Positions 51,161-63,894 of a stretch of DNA of 64,000 nt are shown one piece after another. Source of the DNA: Phoronis australis (lineage: Eukaryota > Animalia > Phoronida); contig NMRA01000856.1 of NCBI GenBank assembly GCA_002633005.1, positions 1-64,000 of the forward strand, in the 5' to 3' direction. Both the position numbers and the translations under genes were made by a program. The notes beneath the pieces were generated by a model, which worked only from the letters and a program-made list of their open reading frames with translations, was not told where the DNA came from and did no database searches. The number at the start of each line of letters is the position of its first letter. Position 1 is the stretch's first letter.

Positions 51161-51232
51161 TTGCAAGGATTGAACGCACGACCTATTGGGTCAGCGGACG
51201 CGTGCTCTTCCATTGCACCACCATGCTTCCCA
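51161..51232 (-). mobile_element. tRNA-derived SINE head / tRNA pseudogene
   Basis: Minus strand reads ggaagcatggtggtgcaatggaagagcac...ggtcgtgcgttcaatcc (A and B boxes); no complete acceptor stem. Confidence 0.45.
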
Positions 51233-52137
51233 CATTCACGCTAAGAAGACATACTTGTCAGGACCATAGGAAGTGGAGGGCACAGGCCCCCCAAAAATAA
51301 ATTTTTAGGCATCAGGGTTAAACCGTGGCAACCGACCAAGGCGTAGGGCCGGGGACAGTTGAGAAACGAAGGACTGCGAAATACGGATAAGGGAAAATTC
51401 AAGAGAACAATTAACAACTCTGTATCAGTGCATGGATTACCTTTTGGCCAGGACATTGTCGTTAGGGTCTCCGCTTTCAGTTTGCAGCACAGGTCGTCTA
51501 AACACACTTGAAAACGTGCACGTAATCAATCATACATACATTTTGAAAAATCAAGGAATTCTGTAAAGCGAAGCTTTTGCGGAGTGTACTAATTTCCTGG
51601 ATTTTTAAATTCAATAAGTCAATTTTGCAAATCCAAAACTATATTTTTCCAGAGGCCCCTCTCTGGCAAGGGATAACGGGAACAACTTTGGCTCTATTTT
51701 TTCTCAAAATTGGATATCACTTGAGAAAAACTGATGACTTGACAGATAACTTCGCAATTGCTGCGCATTTTCTGATTTTTGAAAATATAGATATTTTCAT
51801 ATTTAAGGGCCCGCATTTGAAGGAGGCCATTGATGACATTCAAGTGTCAACCCTTTTTGTGTTTTTATTGACAAATTTTTAAGGGGCCACTCACGGAGAG
51901 AGGGCCCAATGTTGGAATCGATTACCTCTATTTTTCTGTTTTTTTGTGTGAAATCGTGCAACCGGCTTTTATGTTGAAGGAGTTCACTCCCTGCCTCGTT
52001 TTGGGACCACGCGACGGTGGAATGAACTGTCACTCTTTTTTTCCAAGCTTAATGATGTTTAGCCTTTCATCTCAAGGTCAGTGTACTGGTCTTAGGCCCA
52101 TTCTTACTCTCTGAATCAGACACTTGAAATCGGGTCT

Positions 52138-52310
52138 GAGCCCCCCCCACACACACGCACAAACTAAAATTCCACACGCTGTCAATTCTTGTTTCGGCTG
52201 TATAATGTTAATTACCGGGGTGAATTAATAAACGTAATATTTCCTTTTGCTGTTTTATTTTTTTCACCCGCCAAGAGGGGAGGGGGGCTTCCCCCCTAAA
52301 GCCGCCTATG
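52138..52310 (-). mobile_element. Left-end fragment of the 9903-10627 hAT-like family, inverted
   Basis: ccccctaaagccgcctatg, aattaccggggtgaattaataaac and ctgttttatttt are reverse complements of motifs in 9903-10085. Confidence 0.65.
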
Positions 52311-52716
52311 AATTTGACTTGACTGAAACTAAAGACCGCAAACCGTTTTGTAAATTAGGCTTGAGGGGGCGCTTCTAATCTAAAGGTCGTACTGTCGTAA
52401 CAGTAAGATGGACGCCGCACTTGTACTCGTTTACGTTGAAAACGTCAAAACCATAGACATCATAATACTATGTGATGTCTACGGTCAGAAAATTTTCCTA
52501 ATTGACATATACGAATGAATAATTGAATGGAATATCACATTAAGAATATGTCCTACTTTTTCAGGGCAAGGGGTACCGGTACATTTTCCTACTAAACTCA
52601 CTAGTTGTTAAAGCGTTAGCAAGAAGCAACATACACAGATCAGGTAAAAACGTGGCTGTCAACAAGCGACCCAAAAAACATGCGGTCTTTCACTTCCCAG
52701 CACCTCGGACCCCACA

Positions 52717-52970
52717 ATGCATGCGCGCACCCAGCCTTTAACATGAGGGGCTCGAATTTCTGGCGATGTGGACCTTTTGCTGACAAAAAAGCGGGAAGAC
52801 TAAAAAAGGGGGTACCACTCAGAACTGTGAACTGTGCGTCTGCGCCTTTTTAGTGGACTTTTGTCTCGTTTGATCGTACTTTTTGTTTCTCTGAGGCGGA
52901 CCTTTTTGCCCACTTCGCCAAATGGGAAGGGGAGCTCTTTCGAACCCCGCCCCCCTGGGTGCCGGCGCTC
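52717..52970 (+). mobile_element. Dispersed MITE (hAT-like), copy 2; related to 12604-12862
   Basis: Co-linear shared blocks with the 12.6-kb copy; both give a KRDKSPLKR-like reading on the minus strand. Confidence 0.65.
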
Positions 52971-53418
52971 ACTCCATGCAATGAACCAGAATCCCAGGGA
53001 CGGCATCACCCTCAGTGTCAAAGAACAACGAAGAATTGTGTGTCACATACAGCCAGTCAGTGGACGTAACCGGTTTTGTTCAGAGCACGGACTTATGATA
53101 ATTTTCTTATTGTAAGATGAACCACGCGCAGGATGATTTCATCCTGCAAAACTAAATCTATAGTTTATGCGTTGTTTGCTGTAATTTACCTTTTTATATG
53201 TAAGTTTATGAGTTATTTTTAAGAGTTGTTAAGCAATTGAATAGGCTTACTGTAATTTGACTCGCAACATGTTTGCCACTCACTTTGGCATTGGGTGATC
53301 GTTCAATCTCATTCATTTCTCGGGGATTATTCTTGAATGCGGTGTAGATTCATGGGTCTTGTGTTGCCCACCCCGCGGAGATTGACAACAGCCCAAGGTT
53401 CACTAGATTCAACTCATA

Positions 53419-53488
53419 CATGAGCGGCACTGCGCTGAAATAAGTGGGAGGGCTATAACCCCCAGCCCCCTATGAGGTGCCGCCCATG
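53419..53488 (+). mobile_element. 70-bp mini-MITE
   Basis: TIR catgagcggcac / gtgccgcccatg; related copy at 17342-17410. Confidence 0.6.
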
Positions 53489-56375
53489 GAGTCCATGGGC
53501 AGCGCAGCACTGACGGAAGGCTATACTGAGCGCCCCAGCCCCGCAACAACTAGCTCAAGTCGGTCCTGTTCAACACTCAAAGAAATTCTGAAAACAAATT
53601 TTAATTTCTTTCAGTGTGTAAAATAGAATGGGTAAACGAGCTGTTGTCACGATCGTAGCAGGTATGATGAGAAAAGGCCTGACTCGGGCTGAACGCACCC
53701 GTCTCTCATGCTTGCGCGTCTCCCTCTATTGGCAAGGCTTATAGTTAAATGTACATCTGAGAGCGCCCTACTACTAGGCTAAGGTTCAAAATTCCGTGTG
53801 CCGTGTGCAACTGTGTCCGGCTTAACTGACGTTTCCTCTGTCGTGGTCTCTGGCCAGGTTTTGTTTTGATTTACAGCCTGAACGTTTGACAACAGAGATA
53901 CCGTCTACCAGTTGTTTTCAAAACAATCCCTACCGAACGTGTCAATTCGCTGATTATCGCAGTTTCTAGCGCACGCCCTCACTGATCTCGCCCCGAGACG
54001 AGATATTCGATGTCTCCACGTGGTGTAAATATTTAATACAGCCATGATGTATTGGGTGTAAACTCCACTAGTAACTATAGCCGACTTAATGTTCAGTAAA
54101 TAAACTGCTGATGTATGTTTGGCACCGTCGCAATTAAGAGATCATTACGGATCTGAGATTAAGTTTCCTGCTAAAATAACAAAACGACTTTCTGTTTATA
54201 GAGATACAGCTAATTTGTCTGTTTTAAGTTGAATTCGATGGCAGATTTAAGCAAACACGGCTTCCAGCTAGTCAGAGATATTATCTCGTGTTAATGTTAC
54301 AAACATTCCGATGAAAAAGGAAAGCGCGACTCAAAATAAACATATGTTTCGCGTAGACATTCGAGAGAAGCCAGGAGGGAGTTATATCTGGATAACATCA
54401 CTTCGATCTGGCCTCAAGTTCAGCGAACAGTCCAGTTTATCCTCGTTGAATAACAAAACAGCACCTCTTGAACTAGGTGCACTTCCCAACCAAAAGTTTC
54501 AGTCAGTTCCATAATTAATCCCGCAAGCAGTCATTGTTCTGTTCTGAGTTGACCACCAGGGATGTGAAGTTTGTTTCTTAATATACAGATGGACTCTTGT
54601 ATGTGTTCAGAGCTGAATTTTATACAGTTTGTTTCATCACATGATTTCATTTTCACGAATGCAACATTGCAAATGTGCCAGGCAACGTATGCAATTTTGC
54701 GTTTTGGGAATTTTTAGTAAAAAAACACTAAAAAGTGTTTCACGGTCCAATGCTGCGTTTCGTTCAAATCGCTAGTCGCTATGTGGTGTTATAACAAACA
54801 GAGAGCCTGAGTAGGTGCTCTCAATAAAACTCGGCGCTTCATTAAGTTAAAGAAATCGAACTCAGATTTTTAAAATGGGACTAATTAGTCAGTATTGGCC
54901 TAAAACGTGTTTGTGTTTTATTGGCTGGTTTTCTCAGTTCACAAATCACGTTCAGTGTTACTCGATCGTGGCCGCTGTGGATGACGTTTTTCTTGGTGCA
55001 CCACCAAAAATCCATTATAGTACGTTTATTTTCACGTAAATTAATTTCACGTTGAGAGGGAATCTACAGTAGTAATTTTACTAAACTGGTGTACATTAAT
55101 ATGCATATTCACTCTTTTAACCGACTGAAGCGAAGAGGTTATCTTTAAATTCAAAACAAAATTACTGTGAACTATTAACTTGTTGATACCGCATGAATGA
55201 CCCATGGCAGTAACTTCAATTTTAAACATTCCGTCAAAATCTTTTATAATGTATTTATCAAATCGGTTGCTCTTCACAGAAAAATATAATGGCATATAGA
55301 ATGTGCTTATTGCTTAGAATTCACAGTAGTGTTGAGTTGACAATGGTTTAAAAGGTACAAGTAGTTATTAACTCCACCTTCCGTCACAAAAGCGACTAAT
55401 TACTCCGCCTTCTGTCACAAAAAAGATTTCCATTTAGACCACTTAACATTGTGAAATTGATGTCTAAATTTTCCTTAGTCAAAATAGCGGCGGTGAAGAA
55501 GTGACAGTTCCTTTATTCACTAGACTGGCCTTTGAAAGTTGGCTTGCACGGCGTGTTTATCTGCCGAGCACAGTCTCGAGGAAAAGCGAACTGCCAATTT
55601 TTTGCCAGACCAAAATCACTTCTCATCTAAATAAGAAACAAGCTGAGATCAACTTTGAAGCTATAAATTGTCAAAATCAAAACTTTGTCTCATCGGCGGA
55701 ACGCGGGTTTATTGCCATTAGCTGCAGCTGCAACATACTGATTGTTTAATTTTCTCAATAGATGGCGGGAACAACTAAACCATAAAATTTCCCAACAGAG
55801 GACCTCACAACCTAATCTGATATCACATGACATGCTTATCAACAACTCGCGCGGATCTGTCAAACTTCAAAGTATGCTGATATTTGGAGCTCCGACGAAG
55901 CACATGACTGTCACTTTGTGCCAAAGTCACCTGTGCTGTGGCTTGTTGATAAACAAGGAAGCAATCATTGTGTGACAAAAGTGCTCCGATTCTACCGAAA
56001 CTTCGTTTATTGAAGTGACGGGGTGCCTGTGCAACAATCAGTATTGTCACTGTTGAATGTTGTGTTGAGTTGTGTAACTTTGAAGAGGACTGGAGGCCAC
56101 TGTAATGGAAGGATCGTACATAATATCAGTATTGTTGGTTGGATTTCTCGGAGTTACATCAGGTTTGTCGACTGTCATGTTGCACATTAGGCCTACGTGT
56201 GCTTATATAAGCGAAATCCGAAATCGGAGGTTGAGTTATTCTTTTCTGGCTCTGAAATTTACCATCCATTATCCATCATGAACAAAATCACCCCTTAAGT
56301 CTAGAACTCATTTGGGCATTCCATATATGGTCACCATACGCTGGCAGAGACAGGGGGGGGGGGGGGGGGGGGGGC

Positions 56376-56744
56376 NNNNNNNNNNNNNNNNNNNNNNNNN
56401 NNNNNNNNNNNNNNNNNNNNNNNNNNNNNNNNNNNNNNNNNNNNNNNNNNNNNNNNNNNNNNNNNNNNNNNNNNNNNNNNNNNNNNNNNNNNNNNNNNNN
56501 NNNNNNNNNNNNNNNNNNNNNNNNNNNNNNNNNNNNNNNNNNNNNNNNNNNNNNNNNNNNNNNNNNNNNNNNNNNNNNNNNNNNNNNNNNNNNNNNNNNN
56601 NNNNNNNNNNNNNNNNNNNNNNNNNNNNNNNNNNNNNNNNNNNNNNNNNNNNNNNNNNNNNNNNNNNNNNNNNNNNNNNNNNNNNNNNNNNNNNNNNNNN
56701 NNNNNNNNNNNNNNNNNNNNNNNNNNNNNNNNNNNNNNNNNNNN
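56376..56744. other. Assembly gap (N run) after a poly-G tract
   Basis: Direct inspection. Confidence 0.99.
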
Positions 56745-57019
56745 AAACAGATACATTGCATAAACAAACCCTGGATCATGTTTTGTGTCCCGTCGGAAGA
56801 AAATTTAAATTCGAAAACATCTTCTGAAAACGCACAAAAAAGTGTATTAGTAAAATCTACTGATTTTTAAGTGGTTTTAAAAAACAATCGGTAAACTCAC
56901 CGATTTTTGTCTCATTACTTTGATACGTGTTTCTCCCGAGAGGTTAGTACCTAACGTGAAGACGAGCACTCCAAATTGGAACGCTAAGTCCCGCGTGGTT
57001 GCGCTGCACGCGAAACAAG

Positions 57020-57053
57020 ATGGCGGACGAACTTTGGAGCCTGACGAAAATAG
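57020..57053 (+). CDS. First coding exon (MADELWSLTKI) of an unidentified gene
   Basis: caagATGGCGG start (YY1-type motif) in a CpG-rich patch, donor TAG|gtaacc. Phase 1 matches the exon at 60139. Confidence 0.7.
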
Positions 57054-57065
57054 GTAACCGGACGA

Positions 57066-59042
57066 TATGTCTCAACACTGATTTAATCATCAGAATCATG
57101 TTGTTGTTAGTAACTTTTGCACATAGAGAAAACTTAAAAGGGGCAGTTGATGTCTTTAACTCTCCCCAGCTCGAAAAAAATGCTCACACAGTCCTTTGTT
57201 TGCTTGCTTTAATCATCAATTGGCCATTTTTACATGGCTTGCACAAGTGGGTATGGCGTTGCTCTGCACGTTAATGTTGACTTGTGCGAAACCTTGGGCC
57301 CTTTCTTACCGACTTAGGACTGGGGTCCATGACTTCTTCAAGTTGTGTGATGCCTAGTGTCAGTCCACTTTTATCCGGGTGATTTTTTCACAAGTTTTCT
57401 TACTACTTCTGTCTTGCTTTTGTTAACTGTTGTCATCTTGTTGAACTTATTCTCCATTCCTTCATTCCCTTACACACAAGCTCATTCACACCAGACCTGA
57501 GCACTCGGCTATGTTGATGTCACACACTGACAGTGTCAATCAACTTATTGATGAAGAACTGATTTTTATGTAACGAATCTGACAATATCAATATGTGGTT
57601 GTTGTGTTGTTTACCAACAACGTTCACAGACAGATTAGATCTTGTCAATATTGCAAACTATGGTACGTTTGGCTGGGTTACATTCACCAAGAAAGTCATA
57701 CACTAACATTCATGCATATCCTAACCACCTCACATTGACACCAATTGTGTGGCTAGGCCTCTCATGAAGGTTAGTTGACAATGAGTAGCATGAACCAGTG
57801 ACAATAGTTAATGATATGTCTATATCATTCACAGCCTGGGGTGCCAGGTAAGGATGTGCTGCCTGGTGGGTGGGGGGAGGGGGCAACGCTCGGTGGCCGA
57901 GGGGGCAACCATGGTGGCGACATCCCCGGCCGTTGCTCCCAACTTGTTCGATTNACTGAAAACAACACCAAGAAAACAAAATTGGCTGCAAGCACAAAAA
58001 AATGTTACATGTAAGGCCTAAGGGGAACCCCCTCGTGACTTCTCGATGCTATGCGCTTTGGATTTGTGCAAATCCTAAACTCCCCCAACCCCCCATTTCC
58101 CAGTCCCCTTACTCAAAAAGTAGTTTTGGCACTGCTGGGAACTTTTTGGCAAAGTATGTCTCAACACTGATTTAATCATCAGAATCATGTTGTTGTTAGT
58201 AACTTTTGCACGTAGAGAAAACTTAAAAGGGGCAGTTGATGTCTTTAACTCTCCCCAGCTCGAAAAAAATGCTCACACAGTCCTTTGTTTGCTTGCTTTA
58301 ATCATCATTTGGCCATTTTTACATGGCTTGCACAAGTGGGTATGGCGTTGCTCTGCACGTTAATGTTGACTTGTGCGAAACCTTGGGCCCTTTCTTACCA
58401 ACTTAGGACTGGGGTCCATGACTTCTTCAAGTTGTGTGATGCCTAGTGTCAGTCCACTTTTATCCGGGTGATTTTTTCACAAGTTTTCTTACTACTTCTG
58501 TCTTGCTTTTGTTAACTGTTGTTATCTTGTTGAACTTATTCTCCATACCTTCATTCCCTTACACACAAGCTCATTCACACCAGACCTGAGCACTCGGCTA
58601 TGTTGATGTCACACACTGACAGTGTCAATCAACTAATTGATGAAGAACTGATTTTTATGTAACGAATCTGACAATATCAATATGTGGTTGTTGTGTTGTT
58701 TACCAACAACATTCACAGACAGATTAGATCTTGTCAATATTGCAAACTATGGTACGTTTGGCTGGGTTACATTTACCAAGAAAGTCATACACTAACATTC
58801 ATGCATATCCTAACCACCTCACATTGACACCAATTGTGTGGCTAGGCCTCTCATGAAGGTTAGTTGACAATGAGTAGCATGAACCAGTGACAATAGTTAA
58901 TGATATGTTTATATCATTCACAGCCTGGGGTGCCAGGTAAGGATGTGCTGCCTGGTGGGTGGGGGGAGGGGGCAACGCTCGGTGGCCGAGGGGGCAACCA
59001 TGGTGGCGACATCCCCGGCCGTTGCTCCCAACTTGTTCGATT
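57066..59042 (+). repeat. 888-bp direct duplication (57066-57953 and 58155-59042), about 1% divergent; probable haplotype assembly artefact
   Basis: About 9 substitutions seen, no indels; first copy ends exactly at a single n (57954). Confidence 0.85.
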
Positions 59043-60138
59043 CTATAGCCCAACAACAAGTTGGGAAGTTTACCCTCTTAGCCAATATCTTACACGATTG
59101 ATTAACTCCATTCTGGCATTTATGGTTGGAGGGCCTGCGCTCTTTTTTCGATAATTGCTCTAATCTCCAAAAGATTGTATCTAGCCTGACTGGGCTGGGC
59201 TGATAAAAATGAAAGTTAAGTTATAACATATTTGAGCTTAAACCAATAGCATTTCTGAATTCGTCATCAAATGCTGATTATGCTGTTTTTGAATCACCAA
59301 AATCGCCCAACTACAACAGAAGTTAAGACAATCTATTCTGTCCAAATGGATTACCAACGCACTGGGTTTGACTCTGTTCATCCGTGTTCGGTAATAGCGG
59401 GCAATCACCATACGTTTCCTTTGAAGCCTGGGAGATAATGGGCCTGCTTGTTACCATACAAGACAAAAGACTGAGCTGGGCAGTTAACAAAAAAGCTAGA
59501 TGTTATCGCACGTTCAGCACCCCTCACATCTGGAAAAGTTACTGAACGACAGAACGCTGTAATGGCTCGGTGGGAGAGGGGGCGACCCTCTCAAATGTAA
59601 CTCAGGTATCATCTTGGCTGGGTATTTTGGTTTTGGGGTGTGGTTGGTGACATTGTCTCTGTTGGGAATTAATATGAACAGAGGGCAACATAACAGGGAG
59701 TCTCATAGTTCTTCTGCATGTCTAGAAGTGTGTTTAGTTGATGCAACTAAGGTAAAAATACTTGCATTGACGTTACAATTGTGTTGCCTTGGGCTCAAAT
59801 TCTGATAAATTTTGGATAAAATGAAAATATTTTAAAAAATGTGAATCATCCATTTCATTTGTTGGTTATTGGTGTAGCTTTCGATGCAGATTTTTCTCAT
59901 TTTTCCTCTTCGTATTGCTTGTCTGTCTTGGACCCCAAGAAATCAAAACAACAGACCCCAAAATTTTTGTTAAGTGACTCCACAGGCTTCAGTGTTCGTA
60001 AGTGTCAAGGCAAACTACCAGAACTTTTTGCTGTTGGGTAAAATAGCATATTCAGGCAAGTTGTATTTCCTGCAAAGTTGATGATAGAAAGTTGTCTGGG
60101 ATGCTGATTTGTCATTGTAGATTGTTCTTTTTCCACAG

Positions 60139-60296
60139 TGAGGTGTGACTCTGAAAGTGACTTTGAGCTCAGTCTCCATAACGCTGTAGACTTTATCAAC
60201 AACAATGCCACACTGAGAGCAGCCTTGAGTGAACATTTGAAACTGTTTGGTGAAGACTACAAGATGCTGCAGTCTGGCTCCTCTCAAGGTGTCGAG
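60139..60296 (+). CDS. Second coding exon of the unidentified gene: (V)RCDSESDFELSLHNAVDFINNNATLRAALSEHLKLFGEDYKMLQSGSSQGVE
   Basis: Strong acceptor ttctttttccacag|, donor GAG|gtaatt, 158 nt open, in frame with 57020-57053. Confidence 0.75.
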
Positions 60297-61684
60297 GTAA
60301 TTTGTTCACTTGTGTGGGGGGCGCTGTTATACATTGCTGGGCAGACTCAGCTCAGTGTTTAGAGGTATGTTACTCACCTGTGGGAACTGCTGTAATCTGG
60401 CAGGCTCAATGTCTGGAGGTATGTTACACAGTTGTAATTGTATTGCAAGTAGGCCCTAGCAGAGTTGGGACTGAGGATTAAAGCGACTATGACTAGAAAC
60501 TTGTCGTCTTCGGTGACGGAAACTAACTTGAACTTGATCGCTTACAAAATTGGTCTCAAATTGTTTGATAGTCAAATTAGATTTGTTGAAAGAGCTGATA
60601 ACTATTTTGTTATTGTGTGAGATCAGTGCAGCTCATTTCATGCTATGTCAGCTAATGCGATGGCGGCGCATTTTATGCCATGATCACGGTCTGACGCAAT
60701 ATCAAACTGTTACAACCTGCACTTTACACAGGTAAGTGTTGCACTTTACACAGGTAAGTGTTGCAGTTTGTACATGTAAGTGGTCTTATTACACAGCTAA
60801 GTGGTCAGGTAAGTGGTCTAATTCAAATGTTGTGTTCTTTATGTGAATGCAAGTTGGCCGATTTAATTCGAAAACTCACAAGCTTTGGTCAACTAATTCT
60901 GTTTCAAATTACTTTTCTGTTGACTCTAGATAAATGTAAAAAATGTTTAAAATGAAAGTCAGTTGTGAAAATTTAGTGAAAGGTTAAAAAATTAAGGTTC
61001 TCATTGTGTTTAATTTACTCTATTACTAAGTGCTTTAAAAATTTTAGTGAAAATTCCTTAAAATTTCAAAATTGGAAATGTAAAACTTTCCCAAAAATTT
61101 GAAATTGCTTTGGTCATTTGGAAACTGATGGTTACCATAGTTACAATAAAGTCTTGTGGCAGACAAATCGAATTTAATTTTCTAATGTTTTTCATAAAAG
61201 ATTGATCATTATAATTACGCGCAATTTATACCTTTCCATGTTCAAGTTGTGTGTCAATACCTACTTGCAGACAATATGTTGGAAAACTGTATTGGCAACA
61301 TATGTTGGAAGACCTTGAACAATGATAACAGATCAGTTGTGTCAATGTTTTTGTCTAGTAAAATCAGTGAGACTTCACTACAGGCTTATGTCACTGGACC
61401 TTGCAACTATTGAGCCAACATAATGCATTTTTTTCAAGTTTGCTCAAGTGTCTCACATGTAGACATATGTCTCTTGTCTTCACAATGTAGACCAGTGGCG
61501 GATCTACGGGGGGGGTTCAGGGGGTTTAAACCCCCCCTCGGGCCAGGACCCAAAAATTAAAAAAAAAACAAAAAAAAAACAAAAGCGTCTCCAGCAAAAC
61601 AAAAACGGCACTGCCAGCGTGTGTAAACCCCAATTAAACCAACTTGGAAAAAATTGAGGGGGGGTTCACTCTGAAAATATAGTT

Positions 61685-63636
61685 TTTTTGCATTGTGAAT
61701 TGCTGAGTCTTTGTGGCTCATCGGCAAAACGCGCGGGGATTTATTGTGCGCGCGCTTCCGTCGACACTTCTGGAAGTAGTCAAGCATTTTAGATGGATTC
61801 ACCGCTGAAAGAGCAGTTCTATAGCTGATTTCTTTAGGTAACTAGCTTCTTTACTCTAAGATATATTTTGATTTGGTTAGGGGAAATACTGCGGTGCCGC
61901 AACCTTGATATTCAGGCAAATTGACGTGCAACGTTTTTACCTCATCCGTCATGCCGTCTCATTCTATTACACTCATCACGTTTGTAACTGGTGTATAGTA
62001 AAGTTGTCTTGCGCAATATCATACAGTGTTCATGTACATGTAATATTGTGTACATGTACATGTAATAGTTTTGAAAAAAATTCTTTTTCCGAAGAATTGC
62101 TATTGTGGCGGGCGCCGTGGTCTGGTCGCGAGTCCGTTTGAAGACACACTCTATAACAAGTTATGTCTATACAAGGAATGACCAAGGGGGCACTCACATT
62201 GAGAAAGTGACTGCATTCGCGAAAAGTGTACAGTACCATAACTTGCGGGGAGGCTGTTCTTTCACAACAAAGTTTGCGGGATTCGTGCGATGTTCAATAG
62301 GCCTCCTAAGGAGCCCTAGTTCCGACCTCAACACCTACCGTCTGTCTACCTGCAATAAGCACACTGCCGTCTTCTATACTGGGAATTTCCGCAGAAAGGC
62401 TCACCCGATGAAACGCTCATGCCCATGGGCATTTATTTGATATTAGTACTTCGGGTTTCAAGCGTTCAGACATTGGGACGTTTATTNNNNNNNNNNNNNN
62501 NNNNNNNNNNNNNNNNNNNNNNNNNNNNNNNNNNNNNNNNNNNNNNNNNNNNNNNNNNNNNNNNNNNNNNNNNNNNNNNNNNNNNNNNNNNNNNNNNNNN
62601 NNNNNNNNNNNNNNNNNNNNNNNNNNNNNNNNNNNNNNNNNNNNNNNNNNNNNNNNNNNNNNNNNNNNNNNNNNNNNNNNNNNNNNNNNNNNNNNNNNNN
62701 NNNNNNNNNNNNNNNNNNNNNNNNNNNNNNNNNNNNNNNNNNNNNNNNNNNNNNNNNNNNNNNNNNNNNNNNNNNNNNNNNNNNNNNNNNNNNNNNNNNN
62801 NNNNNNNNNNNNNNNNNNNNNNNNNNNNNNNNNNTTTTTGCATTGTGAATTGCTGAGTCTTTGTGGCTCATCGGCAAAACGCGCGGGGATTTATTGTGCG
62901 CGCGCTTCCGTCGACACTTCTGGAAGTAGTCAAGCATTTTAGATGGATTCACCGCTGAAAGAGCAGTTCTATAGCTGATTTCTTTAGGTAACTAGCTTCT
63001 TTACTCTAAGATATATTTTGATTTGGTTAGGGGAAATACTGCGGTGCCGCAACCTTGATATTCAGGCAAATTGACGTGCAACGTTTTTACCTCATCCGTC
63101 ATGCCGTCTCATTCTATTACACTCATCACGTTTGTAACTGGTGTATAGTAAAGTTGTCTTGCGCAATATCATACAGTGTTCATGTACATGTAATATTGTG
63201 TACATGTACATGTAATAGTTTTGAAAAAAATTCTTTTTCCGAAGAATTGCTATTGTGGCGGGCGCCGTGGTCTGGTCGCGAGTCCGTTTGAAGACACACT
63301 CTATAACAAGTTATGTCTATACAAGGAATGACCAAGGGGGCACTCACATTGAGAAAGTGACTGCATTCGCGAAAAGTGTACAGTACCATAACTTGCGGGG
63401 AGGCTGTTCTTTCACAACAAAGTTTGCGGGATTCGTGCGATGTTCAATAGGCCTCCTAAGGAGCCCTAGTTCCGACCTCAACACCTACCGTCTGTCTACC
63501 TGCAATAAGCACACTGCCGTCTTCTATACTGGGAATTTCCGCAGAAAGGCTCACCCGATGAAACGCTCATGCCCATGGGCATTTATTTGATATTAGTACT
63601 TCGGGTTTCAAGCGTTCAGACATTGGGACGTTTATT
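61685..63636 (+). repeat. 802-bp apparently identical duplication (61685-62486 and 62835-63636) flanking an N gap; assembly overlap artefact
   Basis: Both copies abut the gap exactly and give identical ORF translations. Confidence 0.9.
62487..62834. other. Assembly gap (N run)
   Basis: Direct inspection. Confidence 0.99.
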
Positions 63637-63684
63637 GGGATTCTTCGTCAAGGTTTGAAGTAGTCCATGATGAACGGATCAAAT

Positions 63685-63894
63685 TTAGTTGCGCATGTAA
63701 GTCTTTTGAATGGACTTGGCAACCTCAAGGGTCTTAGTGTCAACTGAGCTGCGAAACGAGGTGCTGACATTGTAGAGGCTTACAAGCTCATTGACACAGC
63801 AGTTGACGAAGTGCAAGCGTTGGGAAAAAACATCGAAGATATCTGGGTAGAATGGTTCCAAAAGCAGCAAACCATTGGATCCTCGGCAGTCTAG
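63685..63894 (+). pseudogene. hAT transposase fragment (THAP12/PRKRIR-ZMYM-like lineage)
   Basis: LVAHVSLLNGLGNLKGLSVN*AAKRGADIVEAYKLIDTAVDEVQALGKNIEDIWVEWFQK resembles the LSxKLQ..xDIxxA...xxW helical region of these transposases. In-frame stop present; not listed in the ORF track. Confidence 0.65.

Noticed and set aside
61905-63590. Identical ORFs appearing twice, suggesting a gene duplication
   Set aside because: Both copies abut an N gap and appear identical, so this is a contig-overlap artefact inside a transposon.
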